NCBI GenBank assembly: GCA_052327205.1
Contig: CM126224.1
Span: 28,954,001 to 29,018,000 of the forward strand
Direction of reading: 5' to 3'
DNA from: Somniosus microcephalus
Taxonomy: Eukaryota
Length of the DNA stretch: 64,000 bases
Shown here: positions 37,701 to 50,520 of the stretch, piece by piece
How the letters are laid out: each line of letters starts with the position of its first letter
Numbering within the stretch: the first letter of the stretch is position 1
Translations under genes and position numbers: made by a program
The notes under the pieces: generated by a model
Databases searched by the model: none
Told to the model about the DNA's origin: nothing
What the model saw: only the letters and a program-made list of their open reading frames with translations

Positions 37701-40700
37701 GTTTAAAATGTAATGCAATTAAGGAAAATATGCAAGTTTAAAAAAAAAAAAAAAAAAATTTAAAAAAATTAATACAATTCTGCTGACTTTTCATTTCCCT
37801 GTCAGGTGCGTTGATCAGTGACTGTGGAGAGATACTGGTAGCAGTTCATGTTCTATGCGCATTATCTCTCATTGCCAGGAACTGGATCTGGCCCCAGCAA
37901 ATGTGTGATTTTTGTTTTGCGCGTTTGATGCTTAGCAATTTTAGCTTTAGTTCATTATTTGTGTATATAAGTCTAGCAGTGGGCGGTGTTTATCTTTGCC
38001 TGTTCAGTTTTTTGTGCAAGACTGACCACAGAAAACGAGACTTAGACACAAAAATGTACGTGAGGGACATAGATGCACACACAGTTGTAATGAGAGAGGG
38101 ATGCACACACACAATTGGAGAGGGGAATGCACTTAAGCAAGAGCAGTAGACAAGGATACACACACAACTGGAGCTCACTAATTGACTTTCTTACCATGGT
38201 TGATTTGTATTATTTGACTAGTACTTATTCAAATTTTATGTAACATTTTTATTTGATGTTTAATTTACTAGCTGCCATGAAATATAGAATGTAATTTACA
38301 TGTAAAAGTGAAGTGATAGCAATAAAATTGCATTGAAAACTGACGTGGCTTTACGCCGTCAAGTTTGTTGAAGCCCGTACATATGTTAGTGCTGCTGAAA
38401 GGGGTAACTTTATAAAATGCAAATTAGATTTCTATAAGTAGCAATAGGTATACAAGCAGGAAAATTTGACCACAAAATATTTTTCCAATGCAGAATTGCA
38501 TAGTTTATTAGAAGCTGAAGACAGTAGTTATAATATTTTAAAGCTTTCCTATGCAGATGATGAGACAGGCTGTTTTTCATCATTTGTCAACTGCTTAACA
38601 CATCTGCCAACGTTATCCTGGTGTGCACAAGCAAGACAGAATTTTAAAAATGCATGCATGTGGATTAGGGTCAAGCCCTGTGTTTTTCTAATACAGTAGG
38701 TTCGCTGATACAACTGCAGAAGCAGATCTAACCAACAGCAGTGAGATGCCTTAATTGAGACATGCTGTCAAAGTGACAAACACATTTGCATAAAGTCTAT
38801 TTATTTTCACTGTAACGGCCTGCAGTTTGCTGTTGGTTGAACATTCTTAATCAGCTTTCTCTAACCGAGCCTGCTGAAAGCTGTCCTATACACTGTGCTC
38901 TTCTGCGTTGCATGACAGTTTGTCTAAAGGGGGAAGGGACAAAAAGCTGAGATTTTCTGCTGCTGTTTTTTGCCATTTTCGTATTCAATCAGCAGGTACA
39001 TTTACAACCCAAATGCCAGTGGACTTGTTTGCTCGGATAGAGCACATGAAGAAGAAATGCTATTGCTATTTATTGCCTTTACCTCGCATCTATGCATACA
39101 GCTGAAAACTGTAACTGTTCAAAATCATTTTCCATTCTGCAGCTCTGTCATTCGTGTTATGATCTGAATATCAATATTCTTTGAAAATTAGACATTGCTC
39201 TTCAAAAAGAGATGAGGTTTATGTAAGAAAATGGGTACTGGCACTTCAGGGAGACTGCGCAATGAATAGCTTACTTTTTTGGCATTTGATTCAGCTATCT
39301 CCAGTACCTATGTATTGTGGAATAGTAAGCTAGCAACTTTGTTTTGTCCATGTAGATTTTTGAAAAATGTTAGCCAGATATCTTGAAAAATTCAGGCTGT
39401 ACCTACTCCAATTTTGGAGGGATAATTGTATCCAATAATATTTCACAAACTGATACATGGTCTTGATAATTGCATGCCTGAAATACAGAATTTCACCAGA
39501 TCATTTTAGTAACTCATTCAGAATTCCTTACCCAAGGAATGAAATGATCCCCAATTATCTTTTTGTTTAATTCTTTGTCTGCTGGTCAATCCCCAGCTGA
39601 ATTTCACCTAGAAAGAGCAGTACATTGTAGAAATTGAGTTACTATTACTGTATGTCATTGATAACTGTGGTCGAATTCCACAACCCCATATATCAAAAAA
39701 ATATGTAGTTAGTGGAGGAGATTTACTCTGAAGTGACAGGACCAACTGAATATGGTGTCCCTCAAGTACTATTCTGTCACCTTGCACTGAAGGACTAAAG
39801 TTGACCTACCTCAACATATGTACGATAACCATATGAACTTTGAATCTCCCAGTGTGAGGAGACTGTAAGGGAGAATGCTCCGTTAATGAAGATAATATGC
39901 AAGGTTCAGTCACCATTGAAGTATATAGCTTTTGTGTCCAACTTGAGTCTAATACTATAATAGTGCTAACCACCCTCCTAGTTGGCCTTCTGCTTCCTGA
40001 CCTGGATAAAATCCATTCTTGTGGCACTGGTACACAGGTATCATCCAGGAAGGTCAATTAATTCCTTGAGCAGCTATCTACCTTCTACTGTTGGCCAAAA
40101 TGGCAGTTCATTGCTCTTATTTTGAGCTACCCAAGGTTGTGTCTCAAACCATATAGTTTAGGAGATAACAATTATCACATAAGTCCAAATATGGACACGA
40201 ACTGGGCATGCTCTGTCTCCATTTATGATATCACCAATGAGGTGCGCAAAGTGTCTACTGCCTTTGACCAGCAGTTCTCATTCATCAAATTCAGGAATAT
40301 GGAAACACTAGCAGGGACCAGTATGTGTGTTGTTGTTTGTAATATATGGGATTATATAGCAATTCAGATGAATACCCTTCATTTGAAATCTCTCCAGTGC
40401 AATTCCAGTTGAGTTAAATAAATGTTTCTGTGTTACCTTCTCGCTGTAAGCTTAGTGATAATGCCATGAAAATTACCCTCGGAGCCATTGAATAATATCG
40501 AAGTGGCAACATGTAGGGCTACCCGGGGCTTTCATAACAACCATGGCAATAGTGCATATCTGACAGGGAGCTATTTGGTGCCTTACAACTTTTCAGTGAC
40601 ACATTTCTATTGTGATCACATGGATCTGTTAGCTATCTTCTGTTGAACATCAAACACTTTCTTCTTTTCTCAAAAAAATTGAAGCAAATGGTTCAAAGTG

Positions 40701-40850
40701 ATGGTATATGGTAACAATATCATGGTTTAAATGGAATATTACATGTTTGCCCAAAGGATTTGCAGACTGTCATTTGTGACCTGCTCATGAATTTGCTTGT
40801 TGATTGTGACACAAGATCACTTGTGTATTATATATTCTAATATATTCGAA

Positions 40851-41075
40851 CACCTCGAGTCTCTTCGCCGGGAGCAAGCAGAAGCCAAATGCAGGCAGCG
40901 CAAGGAGCGCACGTCAACCCAAGCACCCCACCCACCCGCCCCTTCAACCACCGTCTGCCCCACCTGTGACAGAGACTGTAGGTCCCACATTGGACTCATC
41001 AGTCACCTGCGAACTCATTTTTAATGTGGAAGCAAGTCATCTTTGGTTCCGAGGGACTGCCGAAGAAGAAGGAAG
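40851..41075 (+). mobile_element. Short RTE LINE 3' end (C2H2 zinc finger, (GAA)n tail)
   Basis: CPTCDRDCRSHIGLISHLRTH; perfect 9-bp TSD ATATTCGAA at 40842-40850 and 41076-41084. Confidence 0.9.
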
Positions 41076-42047
41076 ATATTCGAAATACCTGCGTGTCTAT
41101 GGCATGTCCTCCATAATCACAGTATTGACAAAGTTTAATAAGTTTACAACGGAACTATAAAATTTAAAGCTCTAGTTAGTCAGGAGTGAGTTAGTTACCA
41201 GGTTATGCAAGCTGATAAACACAGGAAATCAGCAGTTCAAATGTGTCTCTGTCACACACACGCTCATGCTCTTAATTTGCCACTCGCCTGTTCCAGAAGA
41301 ATAAATTATTTTAATTAGAGAAGAAATATTCTGAATAAAAGTTTGACAGGTTTTCAAAGATTCAGGTAACCTAAGATTTAAAAAAAAAATCTTGCATGCT
41401 AATCATTTTTCTAACATGATTATCCAGTGAAAATGTTTCACATTTTTGAGCAATGGATTCCATGGCAAAATATTTACTAAGCCTTTGAGTCCTAAATATT
41501 ATTTGTAACTTCCACATTTTAAAAAACATTTTTGTATCACGTATAACAAAATGCTAATGCATGTTGCAATGTAGAATATGGAACTGTTAAATAATTCACA
41601 GCATTCACTAAATAAACTCAATTATTTTAATCTTGTATTTCAAAATAAATACATTGGTACAAAATTGAGACTGGAGTTCTCAAAGGACTTGTCTCTGATG
41701 ACCTCTGAGCACATGCAGCATATTGTCATAGTTAGAGAGCATCCCAGCAGTAAATACTCAAAACTGCAAATAATACAACAGGCTGTACAACTGAATTCAA
41801 ATTGCTTCTGGCTCAGTCCCAATATCGCATCTCTGGAGTGATACATCATTGTTATATAATCCTTGACTGAGGCTTCCTTTGGTTGTTGGGCTTTCCATCA
41901 AAATGTTTACCAGCTGTTATTCTTATAACATGGAGAAAACTTGCCATGAATATGTTGAATCAATTCACATTTTAATTTTTAAAGCACATGTTTATATTCA
42001 TTTTGTTAATAAGAAGTTGTTTGAGAAAGTTTATTCTAAACAGTTAC

Positions 42048-42500
42048 ATAACAACAACTTGCATTTATATAGCACCTTTACCATCGTAAAACATCCCAAG
42101 GCGCTTACAGCAGCGTTATCAGAAAAGAAAATTGACACCGAGCCACATAAGAGATATTAGGACAGATAACCAAAATCTTGGTCAAAGAAGTAAGGTTTTA
42201 AGGAGCGTCTTAAAGGAAGAGAGAGGGCTAGAGAGCCGGAAAGGTATATGGAGGGAATTCCAGAGCTTAGGGCCTAAACAGCTGAAGGCACGGCTGCCAA
42301 TGGTGGGACGAAGGAAATCGGGGATGCACAAGAGGCCAGAATTGGAGGGAACGCAGATTCTCAGAAGGTTGTAGGGCTGGAGAAGGTTACAGTGATGGGA
42401 TGGGACGGGCCATGGAGGGATTTGAACACGAGGAGAATTTTAAATTTGAAGCATTGCTGGACCGGAGCCAATGTAAGTCGACGAGCACTGGTGATGGTGG
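42048..42500 (-). mobile_element. L2 LINE 3' fragment
   Basis: aacaacaacttgcatttatatagcaccttta tail; body shared with the other L2 pieces. Confidence 0.85.
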
Positions 42501-44535
42501 GTTATATTTGTATAATCAACTGTAATGATCTTTCAAAAACAGTGGTTGGAATTTTTACTTCCACAGATGTTAGAATGAAAGTGGTAGATTTCCCTGCCCC
42601 TTCTTGATTTGGGTTTTATTTTAAAGGGTAAAGAGTCAGTGATCAAAAAGCAGTATCCAGCTTTGTCAAGTAAATTGTTATCCTTAACAAGTGGCTGAGG
42701 TGAGTGACTGCTTAAGGGGGTTTAACTGCATTTATTCTTGTGAAATACCAAGAAAAATCAGCTGAACATCTGGCAATGTGCTATTAGATTGTTGGCTTAT
42801 GGTAATTGAACGGATATAACTGCTGCGGAGGGGAGTGGGTGGAAGACAGAATATTTTCAATGGGAAATACTTCCTTTTTTATGTGTCCCATGATCATAGA
42901 TTTAAGAAACATTTTACCTGCCAGAATAATCCTCTCTTAAAGATCCCCTTTGTGGAGTTCTGCTACCTGTGTATATAAATGAAGTAGATAAGCTCTACTA
43001 CTATCAGGCAGGGAGTACTTGTGTATTGTATCTACTAAATGTGGTTGAATGCCACATGGTTATGCTGTTTAGGCTGATCAGGGACCTTTTTATCCAACAG
43101 TAAGTTTGTGTTACAATAACACTGTAAAAATGATCAGTTACCAGGACTTTGTGTGTGTCGGATGGAGGCTTTACAAGAGGAATATTGTGGGCAAATGAAA
43201 TGTAATTGTTTTTCATTTTTTAATTACCTATTTAAAAAATAATACAAACATATAAACTTACACAATAGGGTAAATTCATGTGCTCCCTGTGGGGAGCTGT
43301 GCTCGAAGACCATGGGTCAGAGAATTGGCACTAATGGTATAGCGTGTATCTAGCCCACATTCAATTTGAGTGTGGGATTGGCAAATTTATCCTAATATCT
43401 CATCATCAATTCATAGAGTGACGAATGTCAGACAATGCAATGTTGAATGAGCAGATTCATATTACGTCTTGAGTCATGTCCTACCTGTAATTATAAGACA
43501 TGGGAGAAAGGGTTAAATGAAGTATTAAGCACATAACCCTTCTCTGGACAGTAGTATATGCAGTTCTGGTAAACCTCCCTAAAGAAAACTAATGCAGCAC
43601 TCTCCTGTACCTCGCCCCTCCCAAAAGAGTAAAAAATAATCTTCAGCTCAATAGCATCTCACTCAAGCAACCCTGTGATGAGTTGAAAGCTGTTTAAATA
43701 CCGACTAACTTGCCTTATTCAGCTTAGTTATACTTTTCATGAAAATAATTTCTTGTAGAGTTATGCTCTTGAAGACAGGGCTCAATATTCGTAGTGGCCA
43801 CATGCCCTGGGCACCTAGATATTGATTATGGGTATATTGGGTGCCTGCCTGACTGAACAAGACATTTTTCTTCTCTCTCCCACTTCATTTTTTTTTTTTA
43901 CCTTGGCTTTTCCAGTCTCCCAGAAAGAAGCAAAGGAGTACTACAGGGAGGCTATTAAGAGCTCCCTAGTGCTGTGAAAATGTTCTAACCTATAATGTGT
44001 TTCATCAATTAAAAATGAAAAATTCTGTCTGAGTGATATTAAAACCTAGTTTTCTGAACAAAAGTGATGTGAGGGTGTAAGTTCTCAGAGCTCTAACAAT
44101 GGGGCAGTTAATTACAATTTTAAAACTGGCTCTGTGCATTAATATAGTCTTGGGGTTGGCAAAGCACCAGAATAACGTTAAGTATTTCACTTAACCTGTA
44201 CAAGCTATAGTGTAAGGCACTATATGGAAAAAGATGTGAAATTTCTATATGTTTTAATACATGGATTGGAGTATATTTGCACAGAAGTTTGACAGGAACA
44301 ATGTTTCCCAGTACTTAGGATGGAAATCCTGTGATTTTTATTCATGGCAGTGCATGGCAGCCATGGGGGTTGAGATGACATTGGTAAAGCCTCTTGTAGT
44401 TTATGACATTAGCTCAATCCCTCGATATGTTACTGCCTTGTAACGTCCTCCAGATTGTGTATTATGCTAGATCTGATAATGGTCATCAGCTTAACATCTC
44501 ACTGACCAAAAAGAAGTGCATGACTCTATTCTTTA

Positions 44536-45096
44536 TGGGTACGCCTATTTTTCAGGCATAAAATGGGTGCAAAACATACCAATTTAACAGACATTGGGCC
44601 CATTTGTAGGCATCCCGATCAGCCGCCTAAAACAGGCGTTCGGCCCCTTGAATATGTTAATGAGATGACTAATGCCTGTTGAAGGACCCTTCTACAAAAT
44701 TTGTTACCGATGAGTGGGGCAAGTGTCGCTACTGCCCTGCTCAGGATTCTTCAGCGGCCTCTGCAATCACCAACTAAAAGTATGTTCGTTTCTACTTTTT
44801 TTGAAGTGGTGAGTGTTCCCACCGCCCCCCCCCCCCCCCGCAACTCCACAGTCCTCACGATTCGCCCACCCATCCCCAATTGCCCACTTCAACCACCACC
44901 CATCCCCAATTGCCCACTTCAACCACCACCCATCCCCAATTTCCCATTTCAACCCCCCTCCTCGATCTTGCCTGATGGCCACTGCCAGCGAGGCAGGCAT
45001 TGTGAAAGCGACTTTTCTCATCAGCGAGTTGCCTGTAGAGGCGGCGACTGGTATATGGTTTGGCTGCAAAACAGGCCCAGACAAAAATCTACCCCA
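44536..45096. mobile_element. Harbinger-type MITE remnant containing a 30-bp minisatellite
   Basis: Right end AAAATCTACCCC; about 3 copies of CCACCCATCCCCAATTGCCCACTTCAACCA at 44866-44954; left end uncertain. Confidence 0.55.
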
Positions 45097-47301
45097 TGAT
45101 GTTTATAGAGGAAGTGATAACAGTTGATCAGCTGACTGTGATTCTGGATCTGTATTCAGCTTGACCTCCGTAATAACAGGCATTTGCAGTCTTAGTTCTA
45201 ATATACATTGTAAGAGCTGGCAGAGTTTCTCACAAAGATTTGACTTCCACACCAGTAAAAGTCGGAAGTTCCCAATTCCGTCGAGCGTGATTGCAGTAGA
45301 TTCCCTACCTCTTGAAAACAAACAATTAATATAGTGTAGGGGAGAGCTCTTTCAATGTAAGTATTCTCTACCAATGTAATAATTCAAACATATATGCATG
45401 TTCCAGTAAAGTGATCACTGGAAAATTACACGGTGAACTTTGGCAATCTACAAGCTGTTCCAGTACACAAGTGCCAGAAAGCAAGTTTAAGAATCATACT
45501 CAGTGCTTTTAGTACAGCTTACTGGTTATTGTTTGAAATACTGGTTTTAGCATGACTTAGTAAGGATTATTGTTTGAATGACTGACTATTTTAAAAGTCA
45601 ATTATTAGTAGACATTAAACTTTCATCATTGATTCATAAAACGCAATCTTCACTATTGACACAAATTTAAAATCAGTAACGGTGAAACTGCACAATCTTA
45701 CCTTAGATTGAAAATGCTAGGTCGTCAGCTGCCAAGTTCTTGAGAAGTTAAAAATTATGCAAGCAGTCATGTGCCAGAGGTGCCCTTGAGGGTTTTACTC
45801 TCTGAATTCCCAGCAGTTGCACTTCATTAGGAGCCTGGTGGTGTTTAATAAGGAGGTTGGACTGCTGGCACCTCCACTGCTTATATGTTCTCGGAGGGCT
45901 CCAGGGCTGCTGCAGTAAGCAGATCGGCCAGAGCTGATCATTACAAGGGCATGCGCTGCCATGAATAAAAATGTCACAGGATTTCTGTCCTAAGCAGTGG
46001 AAAATGTCATTCCTGTCAAACAGATATTATAGGACTAGTGTGTAGTCAGTACAAATTGGTTAGTTGCATGTTCCCTGAGTTTTTGACATTCATAGATTAA
46101 GTCTGAAGAAAAAACAATGTTGACCTATTTATCTGTTATTGCTGATGTATATTCTTTTTTGCATGAAAAAGCATTTGTCAACTACTAATTAAAAAATTTT
46201 CAAAAAAAAGTGAAGTAAGGTGATTTGTTCATGCTGACACAAGTATTTGACTAACCAATACAAGTGGGATATTGCAGGTGCTTTCTGTAGTATCCCATAC
46301 ACTGATAATGAGTTTTTCTTTTAATGGCTCACAGTTTGTCCAGCCAGGGCCTAGCTTAATACCTTCTTACTGACACTAGCTGAAGGAGAAGAAATCCATA
46401 CAACATTTTTGTTAATGGTGGGGATAGGGGTATCTTTGTCATCAGTTCTGAGGCAGGCCACTATGTGAGGTGCTGGACCTTAATGAAGTAAATCGTCGTG
46501 AGGGTAGAGTTGACACTCTGTCCTCTATTTCCTCAGGAAACATTCCTCCTGTCAACTGAGTTTAAACAAGGAGCAGCACTGGTACAAGAAATTGCTGAGT
46601 AGTCATGGTCATCTTCTCAGCTCATGGAGGCAAGCAGTTGTATACAAGCAGATAGAAGATAAATGAGGGGGAAGGAAAGAAAATGTCAGAGCAAATATGA
46701 TTCCACAAAACTGCAGGTTAATATCAGGAAAAAATGCTGCAATTTATTTTCTTTGAACCTTGTCGGGTCCTTTGATTATATTCTCAGCAGCAATGTTGAT
46801 GTGAATGGGCTGCTAAAGCTGGCTATCAATGAGCTAATATGGTGACTAGTAAGAGCTAAAACAGGCTGTGTTTGTTTTTGCGATCAAAATTAGCTGGTGT
46901 AACAAGAGGCAACATAAACTTTGTATTTAAATTCCCATTTTTAGTTAAGCAAAATTCTAACAATAAGGTACAACAACATTAACCTGTCCATTCTCTTTAT
47001 GGATGTTGACTTGATCTAATGTGTATTTTTGGTATTTTCTCTTTGCAGTAAGGTTTAGTTCAGTACAATTAAATTGGGGCTGTGCATGTTGCAACTGCAG
47101 TGTCATTATCTGCCCATTGGAAGGTTTGGTGCCCTGTGAACCAGTAAACAAGGCCGGATACTTGAGTTTCTGACCCACTCTACTGATTATTTTTCTCCTG
47201 TTGATAGGTGCTTGTGACATAGGTCAGTAAATTTCACCCCCAACCAGCCAAGGAGAAGTTAATTTCTAGCTTTGGAGACCGGAGAAGCAAAGCAACTTGC
47301 T

Positions 47302-48054
47302 GGGCCAAATTTTGCTGTAGCAGAGCATCTAATGGCATCTGCCGTTAGTTAGACTTGCCCTTGCACATTTTGGTTTTAAAATTTTTTGCATGGCAATTTG
47401 CTGAAAGTGTGAGCTGATAATCGCGTTGGGGAAACCAGGCATCTGGGACCTGAGTGAATAGAACAAGCAACTGTGTATCTCCTTAAACAGATTGAAGAAT
47501 TGTGAAATTAGCAGCGCAAGAACTGAGAAGGAAGTGTAAATTAAAGTGGATGAATTCAATGTCAAATCAAGTACTGGAAGAGAAATAAAGAGAGGGAAAG
47601 AAAGATTGGATTAAGAGAGAGAAGAAAAGACAAAGTTTAAAAAAAAAAAAGTTTACATTTTAAAAATCTCCAACAACAATTAAAACCTGAAGAAACGAGA
47701 CTCCACACTTGTAATAGTTCATTTTCAGTGCCAGAAAGATTGTTTGGCAGTAATTAACACTTATCACATCATTAAAAGGGTAGCTGGACTGGAATGGGCA
47801 AGACTTAACTTTCTGTGCCGAGTTTAGTTCGTATCTACTGTGCAATTACAGGAACTTCAGTTCAATGGTGAGGCAGACAACGCAATGCCGTTTTTGTGAA
47901 ACTAACTGCGCAGCAGCGCAAGTCGGACAGCAACATTTGAATATTTGAGTTTAACCACGTATGTGCCCCTCGCCTGAAGTTGTTGTACCATTTGCGCATA
48001 AATAGCAGCAAGTGCCATTAGCCTGTCAGTTATTTTGGCAAGAAAATCTGAGCC
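47302..48054. mobile_element. Non-autonomous Harbinger-like element (~750 bp)
   Basis: Imperfect termini GGGCCAAATTTTGC / GCAAGAAAATCTGAGCC; GA-rich and A-rich centre like 11525-12179. Confidence 0.6.
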
Positions 48055-48713
48055 ACTAATGTGTAGAACTCACCATCATATCCTCTGATTTTTGCGACAT
48101 ATATAATGCTTTGTGGCTATTGCAGCTCTTCCCATCCCTGGTGTGTACCCTCAGGCTTCTGGCCTCACAGAACTGAATTGCAGGGTGCCACATTTTACCC
48201 AGGGAGATTTGGAGACACTACTGGCATGCCCAGCCTCATTTTAATATTTAAATCTCACTGAAAAGAGCCCCATACCAAATTTTACACCTTTTGAGCGAGG
48301 CTTTGCTTCACCCATAAAAATTGGGCGAGGCTTACACTGACTTCTTAAAGGGAGGAGGTATGTCTTTGATACTTTTGTGGATATTAATGTACCCTTTGCT
48401 GGATGTTGCACCATGCCTTGTTGGGTTTTCTGCATAATCCTTCATTTTTGCATTTCTGGGATGTTTTCCCCACCAGTACTTTGCTTCATTACTTTTGGCT
48501 TGGCATACAAACATACTGGAAGTAGAGCGGGGAAAAAGACCTTCAAACCCTAACCACACAATCTTCTAGGAATAGAAAACAACCAGAGGGAAAAATTACT
48601 GCTGATTCAGGAAAAATGCTGGGAAATTCCTCTCATTCCTGAGGCAAAGTGTCAGGAGAATGTTATAGCCTCTTAGCTCCTCATAGCCTCAGTTAACCAG
48701 CACTTACCTTCTA

Positions 48714-49009
48714 CAGGAAACTTTTTTTTATCCGGCACGGATGGGACCGACGTGGTGCCGGTTCATCAAATATTCCAGATAACTGAACGCTATAGTAAAA
48801 GCAACAAACCCTGTTGCTTAGCAACAGCTTCAAAACAATGGCCACAAGTTGCAAGCGTCTCTGTAGCTTAGCAACAGCTGCAGCCACACCCTTGCACAGC
48901 AACAGATGGAGGAAAGCAAGTAATAAAAGTTACCTGAACCTACTCCTGAATTTTGCCGGTTAACCGACATTTCCGGTTATTTAGGTGCCGGTTAATGGAA
49001 AGTTTCCTG
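48714..49009. mobile_element. Tc1/mariner (Tigger/pogo-like) MITE, 296 bp
   Basis: 25-bp TIRs matching at 21/25 (CAGGAAACTTTTTTTTATCCGGCAC vs reverse complement CAGGAAACTTTCCATTAACCGGCAC); TA TSD at 48712-48713 and 49010-49011. Confidence 0.85.
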
Positions 49010-49099
49010 TATAACTGAAAATGCCGCCTTCACCCAGGAACCTGTCAAGTTCCCTTTTAACGCCATACTGTACAAAGGAACAGGAGTTTCCGAGGAACC

Positions 49100-50520
49100 A
49101 ATGAAGACAGATGCTACACCACCTGAGTCATTTTGGCCACATCTGTCAGTACACAGGGATGTGCATTTATAGACTCCCTCCACATGTATCTGCACATGTC
49201 AGAGGAGATGTATTTTTATCATCTCCAGTTTGCAAGACACGTTGCCACTGTGTTGTGCCATGTTCTACACAATGACCTACACACATCGGATCAGGAGCGG
49301 ATATCCTGTAGAAATGAAGGTTATCACTGCCCGAAGTTTTTATTCTACCGGTTCCTTTCAAGCTACTCCAGGAGACACCTGCCACATCAGACGGTCTGCA
49401 TTGCACAAGTATCGAGCAAGTAACAAGTGTTACATTTGCAAAGGGCAACACATTCTGTACCTTTTTCTGTAGAAACGCAGCATCAGCTAAACAGGATGTA
49501 CAGCTTTCAGTGGGTGTCAGGGTTCCCTTGAGTTCAGGGCATCGCACATGGTAAACATTTGGTCTTCAGGGATTTTCAGATCAAACTAATGGTCTTCATG
49601 AACAGAAAGGGTTTGCACTCGATTACTGTTCAGTTGCTATCATCATTATGCACATCAGTGGCTGATGTCCAGGAAGCAGCCATGATGCATTCATTATCTG
49701 GCATTCCACTATGTCCGCATTATTTGAAGGAGAAGAAACACTGGGTAGATGACTGAGGAGAGAGCATTGCTATTCTCTGTGCCCATGGCTGCTGACCCCA
49801 CTGAGAATCCCCTAATAACAGAGGAGCACCTCAGCACCCGGTTGCTGTTCCTCAGCTTCCACTTTCAAGAATAACTTCCACTTTCAAGAATAACATGCCA
49901 CCTAGCTTAGGCACAATGAAAGATTGTGCGCAAAAGGGCAATGGTTGTGCACATTGCTTCACATGGTACCTCCCCATGTGTGCAGGGGTTCCGTGGTTGA
50001 TGGGGCCCTAAAGAAACGTGCAAAAGTGAGGAGTACAATTACCTTTCCCTTGCCCCTGAAACAACAACCTCATTTGCTGCTATGTATGAGGGAGCTGGTT
50101 CAGTCACTGACCTCGCTACATTCAGCTGGCACCTGTGCTTTTACTGCAGGTTGGTTTTCAGCTCCAAAAAGAGCCACCTTGCTTTGGTGCATCTCGTACA
50201 GCAGAACTTCTAAACTTTCAGCATCAAGAGGAGCAGTGTTGCCCATTTGCACTGTTCAATTGTGCCATTTTCCGCCACCATCATGACTTGCCCTTTATGG
50301 TAACCTGCAGCCCTTTAAGAGCTGCCACTTCACCAGATTTTGAGCTATAGATCTGGCTCTCTGAGCAAGCTTCTCCTGTGCCAGTAGCCTATTCAAATTA
50401 GGGGGAATGGACTCCCATTATAAATTTCGGCACAGCCTACCTCCTGTGCTGCTGCCACAAGTGCACCCGTGCCATAGCATTTGCTCCACCAATTTTACCA
50501 GGACCACAAGATCAGGGCGA
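49100..50520. mobile_element. Heavily decayed second Harbinger element (transposase relic on +, possible Myb relic on -)
   Basis: GFP*VQG, FMNRKGLHSITVQL, PGSSHDAFI and WLLTPLR motifs at ~49520-49810; boundaries approximate. Confidence 0.7.

Noticed and set aside
39750-40420. Possible very old LINE RT relic (GVPQ-like start) and 96-aa ORF
   Set aside because: Too degenerate to assign without a profile search
44866-44954. 30-bp direct repeats as a CRISPR-like array or Pro/His-rich coding repeat
   Set aside because: No spacers; simple minisatellite inside a MITE in a vertebrate intron
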